This document shows positions 25,555-37,975 of a stretch of DNA of 64,000 bases, in pieces. The notes below the pieces were generated by a model. That model was given only the letters and a program-made list of their open reading frames with translations. It did no database searches and was not told where the DNA came from. The number at the start of each line of letters is the position of its first letter. Within the stretch, counting starts at the first letter, position 1. A program made the translations under genes and the position numbers. Where the stretch lies: NCBI GenBank assembly GCA_030390025.1, contig CM059431.1:123692001-123756000 (forward strand). Reading direction: 5' to 3'. The DNA is from Squalus acanthias (taxonomy: Eukaryota).

Positions 25555-26856
25555 CTTAGTTATTGGGGCTGCTGTTCCTGCAGCAGACAGCATCTTGAAG
25601 AGAAAAAAGCATTAATATTACTAAGCCAATGACTGGAACAAATCTGGCATCTTTTCATTTCATAGTCAGATAATAAATTGATATATAAAAAAATCATAAA
25701 TATCATTCTGGAATAATATGACCAGCAATTTCATTCATTAAATTTTGTTCAGAACAGACGCTGTCAACTCCCCTTTCTATATAATACAGCACCAATCCAT
25801 CCCATTGACTTTTTTTCCAAAGGGGACATGGCCCCTTTAAATTTTCATTCAAACAACGCGTCATCAGACTCGAGAAACTGACAGCCTCCAAGCAATTGCC
25901 TGGAGGGACCCGCACGTCAGCCGTAACGAGGCCAATCAAGCCAAAATAGTAACTGATGGGAGGCGGCAGCCAGGAGTGGGTCAGAAAGCCGCCGAGCAGT
26001 GGGCTCGCCCTCAACCCGCCTCCATTAATAAAATCGAGCCCTTTGTCTCTCTCTGCACAGATGGTGCTGGATCTGCTGAGTATTTCAGCATTTGCTGTTT
26101 TTATTTCTTCAATCTCTCTTACTCGCAGTCAAACTTTATTTTTGAAATATGCTGCTGTTCACCCGAATCCCAAAAAAGTTGATTACTCTTGCATTCCAAA
26201 CCTTCCTATTGCTCATACATTGATACTTTTTAAAGCTGTGTAAGCTAACGAGTCATTTTCTAATTTAGCACTTCATAAAATTGCACTTTTACTGTTAGCG
26301 TCACATTATCTATCACTTTGGAAATTCTAGCCTAATACATTATTGTCAGTATTGTTTTTGACATGGCTATTCCACTGGTGATCTTGTTGCCTACGCTATG
26401 CAACTCTGTAGAACCATATACAGGGATGGTTGATTGGTGCTCAGGGATATCACCTGCAGTTATGCCTTATGACTCTAGTAAGGCTACTGCAGACAGAGGT
26501 GGGAGGGGAGGGACCACAGATAATGAGGCCCATGGGGGCTAAATTAATTTTGATAAAGCAGAGCAGAGCCAATTTGAAGTCTTGATTTAGGCACCTGGAT
26601 AAACCTGGTGAAGCTCCACAGCAGGAGGGTACACAAGGAGGGGAGGAGGTAGAGCAAGAGAGACAGCAGCCAGCATTCAGAGTAAGGAGATAGCAACTTC
26701 TAGCTGAGTGTTCTCAGTAAATAAAAGTTGAGAAATAAAATTAAATCCCTCCCCCACCTGTACCTCCGCCCACCCACAACTACCTGCATTACTAAAGGCA
26801 GTACACTCAGCGCCTTGCCTCAATAACAGAGACCTCACTTTCTGATGTTATCAGCT

Positions 26857-28458
26857 CATAGAAACATAGAAGATAGGAGCAGGAGTAGGCCATTCGGTCC
26901 CTCGAGCCTGCTCCGCTATTCGATGAGATCATGGCTGATCATCCAAACTCAGTACCCTGTCCCTGCCTTCTCCCCATATCCCTTGATACCTTTAGCCTTA
27001 AGAAATATATCTAACTCCTTCTTGAATATATTTACTGACTTGGCCTCAACTGCATTCTGTGGTAGAGAATTCCACAGGTTCACCACTCTCTGGGTGAAGA
27101 AATTCCTCCTCATCTCTGTCCTAAATGGCTTACCCCTTATCTTTAGACTGTGACCTCTTGTTCTGGACTCACCCGCCATCGGGAACATCCTTCCTGCATC
27201 CAGTCTGTCTAGCCCTGTTAGAAATTTATAAGTTTCAATGAGATCTCCTCTCATTCTTCTAAACTCCAGCGAGTATAAGCCCAATCGACCTAATCTCTCC
27301 TTGTGCGTCATTCCTGCCATCCCAGGTATCAGTCTGGTGAATCTTTGCTGCACACCACCCATGGCAAGAACATCCTTCCTCAGATAAGGTGACCAAAACT
27401 GCACACAATACTCAAGGTGTGGTCTCACCAAGGCCCTGTACAGCTGCAGCAAGACATCCTTGTTCCTGTACTCAAACCCTCTTGCTACGAAGGCCAACAT
27501 ACCATTTGCCTTCTTAACCGCCTGCTGTACCTGCATGCTTACCTTCAGCGACTGGTGCACAAGGACACCCAGGTCTCATTGCACTTCCCCTTCTCCCAAT
27601 CTATTGCCGTTCAGATAATAATCTGCCTTTCTGTTTTTGCAACCAAAGTGGATAACCTCGCATTTATCCACATTATACTGCATCTGCCATGCTTCTGCCC
27701 AATCACCCAACCTGTCCAAATCATACTAGAGTTTCTCGGCATCCTCCTCGCAGCACATACGCCCACCCAGCTTTGTGTCATCTGCAAACTTGGAGATATT
27801 ACATCTAGTTCCCTCGTCTAGATCATTAATATATATAGTGAATAGCTGGGGTCTTAGGACTGATCCCTGCGGAACCCCACTAGTCACTGCCTGCCACTTG
27901 GAAAAAGACCCGTTTATTCAAACTCTTTGCTTCCTGTCTGTCAGCCAGTTCTCTATCCAAGTCAGTACCTTGCCCCCAATCCCATGTGCCTTAACTTTAC
28001 ACGCTAATCTCTTATGCGGGACCTTATCGAAAGCCTTCTGAAAGTCCAAATACACCACATCCACTGGTTCTCCCTTATCTATTCTATCAGTTACATCCTC
28101 AAAAAATTCCAGTGGATTAGTCAAGCACGATTTTCCTTTTGTAAATCCATGTTGACTTTGTCCAATCCTGTCACTGTTTTCCAAGTGCTCTGCTATTACA
28201 TCTTTTATAATGGACTCTAGCATTTTCCCCACAACCGATGTCAGGTTTACCGGTCTATAATTCCCCGTTTGTTTCTTTACCACCTTTTTTGAACAGTGGG
28301 GTAACATTAGCTACCCTCCAATCCATGGGAACTGTTCCAGAGTCTATAGAATTTTGGAAGATGACCAGCAAAGCATCTACTATTTCTAGGGCCACTTCCT
28401 TAAGTACCCTAGGATGTAGATTATCAGGCCCTGGAGATTTATCGGCCTTTAATGCCAT
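26857..28458 (-). mobile_element. 5'-truncated CR1 LINE (RT and C-terminus, frameshifted)
   Basis: KSPGPDNLHPRVLKE, NYRPVNLTS, YLDFQKAFDKVPH, LVRPHLEYCVQFWSP; 8-bp CATAGAAA tail repeats. Confidence 0.95.
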
Positions 28459-30647
28459 CCACTAAATTGGCTACATCTAGAAAAATGAACTCCGAAGGCT
28501 CTGTAGTCAATGAAGTTTTACTTCCCATTGTAATATTTTCTACCTGGTAATAATTTCAAATACTAACTACAGCCACTTTATAATCAGCCTGGGGTTCCAT
28601 AAAATGAAGGCTTTGTGACAAGCATCCACTTGCTTTATGATGTGCGGCTGCTTGTAAATGTATTGCACAATGGGAGAATAGAATTCTTTGCTATTGATTT
28701 AAGTATAGGCTTTGAACAAGGGAGCCTGTAGGTCCACGTGGGTATAACCAATGACCCCTTGGACCTTGAATTTTCCTGCCACTGTGTAAAATTGCAGTGT
28801 CTTTCAGGTTGCTATTGGGAAGGAGATGAATTTGTTAGCTTTAGAGAATTGTCTCCATGACTTGCTCAATGCATTTGTGCACAGCTATGTGGCTATTGTT
28901 ATAGATGTCCCCAATGGCAGTTTTGAATTAGTATAGAAGTTAAGGGCAGTTGTAACCTTGATAAGCACTAGCCTGTGGTGGAGGTGGGTGGCAGGTCAGT
29001 TTGCAGCACGGGACAGAACTAACTAATTGTGTCCTTAGCAGGCACTGTTCCTTCGTCAAACGCCTATATACTCTATTGAGTGGGTATCAACGTCTCTGAT
29101 GCAACTTCACCTAACTCATATTGATCCATTGCTCATCTTTGTCTTCCAAGAAGCTAAGTATAAGGTGTATTCCCCAGGGGAAAGTCACTGTAACCCGTCT
29201 GAAATTGGATGCGGGGGGTGGGGGGGTGGGGGGTGGGAGGGCGGTGGTGTGGTGGGAGTGACAGTCCCTCAACAAATGGCACAAAGACAGAAGAAAAAGT
29301 AGTTGGCAATAGCAGAAAGATGAAAAAATGCAAAAATAACTGAGAAATAAGCTTTTAACTATACTTGTATGCATTGAAGGTAGGCCCTTTAAATCTCCAT
29401 TTTCCTTCTCCAGATCACATAGCAACCCTTATCACCCATTCTATTTGGACGTAAACATAATTCTACACAAATGAGGCAGAAATTATGGAAAATAGGGCAG
29501 ATGAAATCACAGCATCATAATTACCTCATTTACATATTCCTGCCAAGAATAGTAATGAGAAGTGGGGATAAAGTGGGCATATATCCAGGATATCAGCACA
29601 CTATTCAATTATGTGATTCATCACAGTAAAGCCCAATTCTGTCCTCAGCTGACATGAACAAGCACAATAGTGACCAGGAGCAGGAATCCTAACTGATTAT
29701 TTCCCTCCTCGTCAGGGGCACTGAGGCCAATTGTAGCACACTACCTGCGATCAGAAGCCATCATAGACTGGACATTCATTCTGAGACCTTGATGCTCTGT
29801 GAGGCTCCGTGCTACAGTAGGCAAGTAAGGCAATTGGAGAGCCATTCTGGCACTTCAATTTACTTTCTCTCCAATTTAATTTGGTGTTAAAATATGTGTA
29901 TTGGCCTGGTAATATATATGGGGATATCTCACATTAAAATGAATCCCCTTCCAAAAACCCTGCAGAATTGTACTGTAAAACTGAAAAATTATTTTCAAGG
30001 TAATGAGCTAATAATGTGCATCAGATCTAAAAAATCAACTTTCTCAACTAGATGTTGAGTTGTTCACAGCAAAACAAAATGATTTTGACCACCATGCCAT
30101 ATAAAATTAGCTACTTGGTTGAGTATATGTTTAGAACATGGATATCTTGATATGACATTAATTATTATGTAGATATGAAATTCTGCACAATTTGTTTTCA
30201 ATTTACAAAATAATACTATACCACTTAAAATAGCTTTACTAGAAAAATGTAGTTTTATAAGTTACAATAGGAATTTTTAGTAATGCCTAAAGAGCTTACT
30301 GTACATCATTTACACTGATCACAACTGTAAAGTGAATAATCATTTCTTTGTCCTCGGTTAGACCACAATATCATGGCAGATAATGTGACCCTGGCACAGC
30401 ACTGCTGGGACTACTACTCCTGAATTTTTGCATGTGCCTACGTAAACCTTGCATAATAGCTCACTTTGATATTTGTGTGGTACTCTCAGCCCTCAGCACA
30501 TGAATCATTGGGAGCAACCTGAGGATAGAGTGTCGGGCACCAGCAGCTAGTGAAGGGCTGCTGTATTCCCTTGAAGCACTGCCCTTGCTTTTGATTTTGA
30601 AGAATTGGCCATAGAAGACCAACAAGAAACAGCAGCAGAAACTAAGA

Positions 30648-30823
30648 GGGATCGTTTTAACCGAACCTGCCCAGCGGGCATGGGTCGGATGACCATTTCT
30701 TACCCCATCTGATTTTACTGTCCATTCATTTCAATGCAGAGTAAAATGGGGTGAGGTGTAAAATGAGCATCTGACTCGAACCTGCCCCGTTCACATCGGG
30801 TGGGTTAGGTTGAAATTACCCCC
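30648..30823. mobile_element. Hairpin MITE
   Basis: TTTTAACCGAACCTGCCC / GGGTGGGTTAGGTTGAAA arms; central CATTCATTTCAATG. Confidence 0.55.
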
Positions 30824-31981
30824 TAAGGATACAAACACAGGGCCAACAAGGAGTGCAGTCCATAATTTTATATATTTTTTTTAAGTAGGTGTCACATTGC
30901 TAGATATCTTTGACCATTTTTCAACAGAACGAATATGGAAAAAAGAGTTAATTTTAATGCTGGGTTTCTAAAAGCAGTGTTGCGATTGCATGAGTTTTAA
31001 AAGAAGAAGCACCTGGACAAAAGGCAGTTAATTTACTAAATGGACATTGTTTCTCTGGAGACTGAGCAATAAGTGATTCATAAGCTTGTCTAGGTCTTCG
31101 GAAAGGCAACTCTCAACATTGTGTTGGAAAATCTTTTGATCTGTCAGTCTGTGAGAGGGAGAGATTGAAGAAATATATGTGTAAAAGGCATGGCCATCCA
31201 GTTCAGGGCACAATAGGGTTTTATTGTCACACTATAACACAAGTAGATATGGGACAGTGTCAGTCAACTCATCTAAAATTACAATGCTCACTGATTACGG
31301 AAACAACTGACACCACTGAATGTGAGAAGGTATCTACAGCAGACCTGAATTCAAAATAGCAGGTCTCTCTTGAAATGCCTTTGGAATTAGATACTCAGCA
31401 CCTGGAGTGCTGCTCAGATGCTCTAGCCATATAATGGGGAGACCATATAATTTACATGGAATATTGGGCCTTGATAAGCTTGTGTAGAGTTACTGCAAAG
31501 GTTATAGGTATTTCCCACCCACATTTCCCAAGTGATCAACACGTTGGATGAGAAATACATCTAAGATCTCCAATAATATGGGCTCCCATGTTCAGAGTGC
31601 TGTGAGATTCCAGCTGCATCACAGTGCATTATCAGGCTAGATCTGTACTTAACATGAATGTATTTTATGACAATTCCATTTCACATATAAATGAATGAGG
31701 AAGTGTTCACTTTTAACAAACTGGACCACAAATTGTTCATTGAAAACTCTAGCTTTTATTCATCGATCTGAATATATATTCATTTGTGGTTTTTTTCTCC
31801 TTAGATGTGTGTACTCTGGGTGAATATTATTACTGGAAATGTATTCTTGTATTTTCTTCTATTATTTAAACATCTATGAAGTGGCATAGACTTCTTATAT
31901 AAAAAAGACATCAAATATATAAAAGTAGTAATGATTACATTTTAAAGAATGAATTGGTTTATAAAACAGTGGGGTGAAATC

Positions 31982-33350
31982 CGACCAATTACCACCCCAT
32001 CAGTCTACTCTGAATCATCAGCAAAGTGATGGAAGGTGTCGTCGACAGTGCTATCAAGTGGCACTTACCCACTAATAACCAGCTCACTGATACTCACTTT
32101 GGAGTCTGCCAGGACCACTCAGCTCCAGACCTAATTACAGCCTCGGTCCAAACAAGGACAACAGAGCTGAATTGCAGAGGTGAGGTGAGAGTGACTGCCC
32201 TTGACATCAAGGCAACATTTGACCGAGTGTGGCATCAAGGAGCCCTAGTAAAATTGAAGTCAATGGGAATCAGGGTAAAAACTTTCCACAGGCTGGAGTC
32301 ATACCTGGCACAAAGGAAGATGATTGTAGTTGTTGGAGGCAATCATCTCAGCCCCAGGACATAGCAGGAGTTCCTCAGGGCAGGGTCCTAGGCCCAACCA
32401 TCTTCAGCTGCTTCATCAATGACATTCCCTCCATCATAAAGTCAGACATGGGGATGTTCACTGATAATTGCACAGTGTTCAGTTCCATTTGCAACTCCAC
32501 AGATAATGAAGCAGTCCATACCTGCATGCAGCAAGACCTGGATGATATTCAGGCTTGGGCTGATAAGCTGATAAGTAACATTTGTGTCACACAAGTGCCA
32601 GGTAATGACTATCTCTAACAAGAGAGAGTCTAACCACTCCCTCTTGACATTCAATGGCATTGCCATCGCCAAATCCCTCACCATCAACATCCTGGGGGTC
32701 ACCATCGACCAGAATCTTAACTGGACCAGCCACATAAATACTATGGCTACAAGAGCAGGTTAGAGGCTGGGTATTCTGTGACAAGTGACTCATCTCCTGA
32801 CTCACCTCCTGACTCACCTCCTGACTCCCCAAAGCCTTTCCACCATCTACAAGGCACAAGTCAGGAGTGTGATGGAATACTCTCCACTTGCCTGGATAAG
32901 TGCAGCTCCAACAACACTCAAGAAGCTCGACACCATCCAGGACAAAGCAGCCAGCTTGATTGGCACCCCATCCACCACCTTAAACATTCACTCCCTCCAC
33001 CGTGGCTGCAGTGTGTACCATCTACAAGATGCACTGCAGCAGCTCACCAAGGCTTCTTCGGCAGCACCTCCCAAACCCGGGACCTCTTCCACCTAGAAGG
33101 ACAAGGGCAGCAGGTGCATGGGAACACCTTCACCTCCAAGTTCCCCTGACTTGGAAATATATCACCATTCCTTCATCATCGCTGGATCAAAATCCTGGAA
33201 CTCCCTCCCTAACAGCACTGTGGGAGTACCCTCACCACACAGACTGCAGCAGTTCAAGAAGGCAGCTCAACATCACTTTCTCAAGGGCAATTAGGGATGG
33301 GGAATAAATGCTGGCCTTGCCAGCGATGCCCACATCCCATGAATAAATAT
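31982..33350 (+). mobile_element. CR1/L2-group LINE, RT through 3' UTR, decayed
   Basis: ALDIKATFDRVWH, GVPQGRVLGPTIFSCFIND, MFTDN, YKAQVRSVMEYSP; same tail as 7455-7868. Confidence 0.9.
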
Positions 33351-33359
33351 TTTAAAAAA

Positions 33360-33990
33360 GCATTTATTTAGCACCTTTAACATAGAAAAACATTCCAAGG
33401 TGTTTCACAAAGGTGTAAGGAAAAAACTTAAGGCTGAGCCAAACAAATAGATATTCAGAATGGGTGACCAAATTCGTGGAAATGAGGTGAGTTTTAAGAA
33501 GGGTCTTAAAGAAGGAGAGGAAGGTGGAGAGGTAGAGGTGTTTAGGGAGAGAATTCAAAACATGGAACCAAGATGACTGAAGGCACAACTGGCAATAGTG
33601 GAGTGAAGGGAGCAGTGGATACATAACAAGATGGAGTCAGAGATTTTGGAGGGAGAGGTATTGTAGGGCTGGAGGAGGTTATAGAGATAGGGAGATCATG
33701 AAGGAATTTTTAACAGAAGGATTAGAATTTTACATTTAAGTCTTCGGCGGGGCCAGGAGCCAAAGTAGGTCTGAAAAGACAGGAATGGTGGGCAAGTGGA
33801 ATTGGTGCGGGATTGATTCAAGCTGCACAGTTTTGAATGAGTTGGTCTACGGTGTGGGAGGATGAGGAAGTCGGTCAGCATTGGAATAATCAAACCTGAA
33901 AATAACAAAGGCATGGATGAAGGTTTCAGCAGCAGATGGGCTGAGGTAGGAGAGGAAGAAAACAATATTACTGAGGTGGAAGTAGACCAA
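33360..33990 (-). mobile_element. L2 LINE 3' fragment
   Basis: Reverse complement resembles 11785-12122 and runs into an L2-type tail (AAAGGTGCTAAATAAATG). Confidence 0.7.
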
Positions 33991-34129
33991 GAGAGCATTG
34001 GAATAGCTGAGTTTTTATAATTAGCAAAATTGATCTGGTCTCAATAATTAGCAAAATTGATGGTTTAAGCTAACTGGTTATAAATCAATTCTATGTCAAC
34101 TTGAGAAACCTGTCAATGAATGCAGGCTA

Positions 34130-34435
34130 TATGTAAAATGATGAGGGGTTTCAATAAAGTTAATTGGGAAAATGATTTCAGTTGGTAGATCATTACAGAA
34201 TGAAGGGAGTGGTTAGGAATTTTTTTTTAATGTGGGTTGTTAGAACACAAAATGCCATACTAGAAACAGTGGTGGAAGCAGAATCCATAATAGCTTTTGA
34301 AAAGGGATGTAGATAAATATTTGAAGAAATAAAACTTTAAAAGGGTAGGGAAACCAGGTAAGCAAGTAGCTCTTTCAGAGAGCCAGAACAGACGTGCTAG
34401 GCTGAATGAACTCATTTTGTGCTGTAAGATTCTAT
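34130..34435 (+). mobile_element. Old CR1 3' fragment
   Basis: GTGGTGGAAGCAGAATCCATAATAGCTTTTGAAAAGGGATGTAGATAAATATTTG and tail TGTGCTGTAAGATTCTATG. Confidence 0.6.
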
Positions 34436-34779
34436 GGCCCATGCAGCCCTAATTTTTCAGCCCTAAGCTTTCAATATGGCGGGAAGGAAGCGCAAGCTCA
34501 TTACGAGCCGGAACTATGTTGTCCGCCATAATAATGTACGTGGATCCGCTCGTGCCAGGAGCACACGTTAGATTTGTGCAAGCAGCATAATATCTTATTT
34601 AAATTAGGGTCCTGCGCATCTTTCAACAGCTGTTTTCAATATTGGAATGCGCAAGTGCATTACTCATCCCATATTGAACAACACGCCCAATAACATATGT
34701 TGCTAACCAGCAGGGAGGACTTGTTGCAAGGAATCATGCAGTACTTATAGATTAGTTGCTGATTTGTCATTTCAGCAAG

Positions 34780-35115
34780 CAGGTTAACTAGAGAGCTACG
34801 TTTCAGGTACCTTTGCTTCACAAAGGAGGATATCACTGATCTATGTCACCTGTTGAAGCCACAATTCAAGCATTGCACCAGGGCATGGATAGCACTGCCT
34901 GTGGCTGTCAAGCTCACCGTGGCCCTTAACTTTTAAGCCATGAGCTCCTTTCAGGCTGCAGCAGGAGACATAAGCAACATCTTACAGGGAGGTCACCGAG
35001 GCTCTCTATACCAGGAGGAACACCTACATCGCCTTCCTTACGGACAGAGAGATGCACAACAAAAGAGCACTAGGCTTCGATTGCATGGCTGGCTTCCCCA
35101 GGGTGCAAGGTGCAA
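34780..35115 (+). pseudogene. Harbinger (HARBI1-like) transposase N-terminal fragment
   Basis: ALPVAVKLTVALNF, SFQAAAGDISNI, AGFPRVQGA; truncated just before the catalytic IDCTH motif. Confidence 0.75.
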
Positions 35116-35873
35116 CTTACCTGGTCTGGCCTATACGTGACTCCAGACCCATAGCAATGTGGTTGACTCTTAACTGCCCTAGCAAGCCACTCAGTTGTAA
35201 CAAACCGCTACGGAAAATAATAATAAGAATAAAACTGGACGGACCACCAGGCCTCGACCTCGGCATCGACTTCAGACACGACAAAGGCACACCCAGCCCA
35301 GTTGACCCTGCAAAGTTCTCCTCACTAACATCTGGGGACTTGTGCCAAAATTTGGAAAGCTGTTCCACAGACCAGTCAAGCAACAGGCCTGACATAGTCA
35401 TATTTAAAGAATCTTAACTTTCAGCCAACGTCCCACACTCCTCCATCACCATCCCTGGTCCCACCAGCAGGACAGACCCATGAGAGGAGGTGGCACAGTG
35501 GTATACAGTGGGAGCAGCCTGGGAGTCCTCAACATTGACTCCGGATCCCATGAAGTCGCATGGCTTTAGGCCAAACATAGGCAAGGAAACATCCTGCTGA
35601 TTATCATCTACCGCCCTTCCTCAGCTGATGAATCAGTGCACGTCCATGTTGAACACAACTTGGAAGAAGCACTGAGAGTAGCAAGGGCACAGAATGTACT
35701 CTGGGTGGGGGACTTCAATGTCCACCACCAAGAGTGGCTCGGTAGCACCACTACTGACCGAGTTGGATGTGTCCTGAAGGACATAGCTACCAGACTGGGC
35801 CTGCGGCAGGTGCTGAATGAACCAACATGAGGGAAAACCTACTTGATTGTCCTCACCAATCTATCTGTCACAG

Positions 35874-37124
35874 TTTCCAGTTTGTTCTGTAAATTAGCTC
35901 CACTCCAGCGGGGAGCTTGCTGAGGGTGAGATGGAGCATTGCAGCAAGGAAGATCGAGAAGAGCGTTGGTGCAATGACACAGCCTTGCTTGACTCCTGGT
36001 CTGTACATGAATTGGGTCTGTGGTGAAACCGTTGATCAGGAACAAACGGGAAACTGTTCAACCTCCGTCGCCTCCAGTCCAGATCCAAGGTTGTCCCATC
36101 CTCTGTCGTCGAATTACAATATGCAGATGATGCTTGCGTCTGCGCTCACTCAGAGGTCGAACTCCAAACCATCGTCAGCACCTTCACCGAAGCGTACGAG
36201 AGCATGGGCCTTACACTAAACATCCGTAAGACAAAGGTCCTCTACCAACCTGCCCCCGCCACACAGTACTGCCCCTCAATTATCAAAATCCATGACAAGT
36301 CCTTGGACAACGTAGACCACTTTCCATACCTCGGGAGCCTACAGTCAACAAGGGCAGACGTCGATGACGAAGTCCAACACTGCCTTCAGTGGGCCAGTGC
36401 AACCTTCGGTCGCCTGAGGAAGAGAGTGCTTGAAGACCAGAACCTCAGACCCGGCACGAAGCTCATGGTTTACAGAGCAGCAGTGATACCCGCCCTGCTT
36501 TATGCCTCAGAGACATGGACCATGTACAGCAGGCAGCTCAAAGCACTGGAGAGGTACCACCAACGCTGCCTCCGCAAGAACCTGCAAATCCATTGGCAGG
36601 ATAGGCGCACCAACATCAGTGTTCTCGCTCAGGCCAACATCCCCAGCATCAAAGCTTTGACCACGTTCGATCAGCTCCGATGGACGGGCCACATCGTTCG
36701 CATGCCCGATATGAGACTCCCAAAACAAGCGCTCTACTTGGAGCTCTGACACGGCAAGAGAGCCCCAGGTGGGCAGAGGAAACACTTCAAGGAAACCCTC
36801 AAAGCCTCCTTGAAAATGTGCAACATCCCCTCCGACACCTGGGAATCCCTGGCCCAAGACCACATGAAGTGGAGGAGAGGCATCCAGGAAGGCGCCGAAC
36901 ACCTCGAGTCTCTTCGCAGGGAGCAAGCGGAAGCCAAGTGCAAGCAGCGCAAGGAGCGCACGTCAACCCAAGCACCCCACCCACCTGCCCCTTCAACCAC
37001 CGTCTGCCCCACCTGTGACAGATACTGTAGGTCCCGCATTGGATTCATCAGTCACCTGAGAACTCATTTTTAATGTGGAAGCAAGTCATCCTCGTTTCCG
37101 AGGGACTGCCTAAGATAGAGAGAG
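35874..37124 (+). mobile_element. RTE (BovB-like) LINE, 5'-truncated with 5' inversion
   Basis: ELQYADD, GLTLNIRKTKV, FPYLGS, LLYASETWT, C-terminal CPTCDRYCRSRIGFISHLRTH; (AG)n tail; 11-bp TSD ATCTGTCACAG (35863-35873, 37125-37135); ~35874-36037 inverted, encoding GVKQGCVIAPTLF. Confidence 0.92.
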
Positions 37125-37263
37125 ATCTGTCACAGATGCATCTGTCCATGACAGTATTGGTAGCAGTGACCACCGCACAGTCATTGTGGAGACAAAGTCC
37201 CGTCTTCACACTGAGGACACTCTCCATCATGTTGTGTGGCACTACCACTGTGCTAAATGGTAT

Positions 37264-37501
37264 GGACAAAAGTGAGAAGTCGCACAACACCAGGTTATAG
37301 TCCAACAGTTTTATTTGAAATCACAAGCTTTCGGAGCTGCTGCTCCTTCGTCAGGTGAAGTGAAGGAATACAAATCGGCAAAGCATATATAGACAGAGAA
37401 CAATGCATGTGTAGCGTACCTGACGAATGGGCAGCAGGTCCAAAAGCTTGTGATTTCAAATAAAACTGTTGGACTATAACCTGGTGTTGTGCGACTTCTC
37501 A
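37264..37501. mobile_element. Inverted pair of Penelope-type terminal repeats (238 bp)
   Basis: ~60-bp perfect inverted repeat (37271-37331 / 37443-37503); 11-bp TSD CTAAATGGTAT (37253-37263, 37502-37512); hammerhead core in each arm. Confidence 0.85.
37321..37358 (-). ncRNA. Minimal type-I hammerhead ribozyme motif
   Basis: Minus strand UCAC-CUGACGA-A-GGAGC-AGCA-GCUCC-GAAA-GCUU-GUGA: intact core, stems I and II, palindromic loopless stem III. Confidence 0.8.
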
Positions 37502-37975
37502 CTAAATGGTATAGATTCAGAACAGATCTAGCAGCTCAAAAGTGGGCATCCATGAGGTGCTGTGGGCCATCAGCAGCAGCAAAATTGTACTCCACCACAC
37601 TCTGTATCCTCATGGACTGGCATATCCCTCACTCTACCATAACCATCAAGCCAGGGTTCAATGAGGAGTGTAGAAGAGCAGACCAGGAGCAGCAACAGGC
37701 ATACCTAAAAATGAGGTGCCAACCTGGGAAACTGCAACACAGGACTAGATACATGCTAAACAGCGGAAGCAGCATGCCACATTTGGTCAAATGCTTGGAC
37801 AGAGCAAAGCAATCCTACAACGAACGGATCAGATCAAAGCTCTGCTGTCCTGCCACATCCAGACGTGAATGGTGGTGGACCATTAAAAAACTAATGGGAG
37901 GAAGAGAGTCCATGAACATCCCCATCCTCAATGATGGCGGAGCCCAGCACGTGAGTGCAAAAAAAAGGCAGGCAT

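Larger units (their letters stand above)
24179..26041. mobile_element. Internally deleted PIF/Harbinger transposon inserted in a Penelope 3' remnant
   Basis: TIR GGGCT(T/C)GATTTTA / TAAAATCGAGCCC; TSD TTT; flanks join to give a Penelope terminal sequence like 53210-53320; acidic transposase-like tail at 24850-25145 (+) and Myb remnant (-). Confidence 0.85.
35116..37965 (+). mobile_element. CR1/L2-group LINE 5' part (AP endonuclease region) hosting two insertions
   Basis: VLWVGDFNVHHQEWLGS, EPT, downstream CPATSRREWWWTIKKLMG; continuity is restored when 35874-37124 and 37264-37501 are removed. Confidence 0.8.

Noticed and set aside
29211..29256. G-rich tract able to form a G-quadruplex
   Set aside because: Simple G-run with no supporting context.
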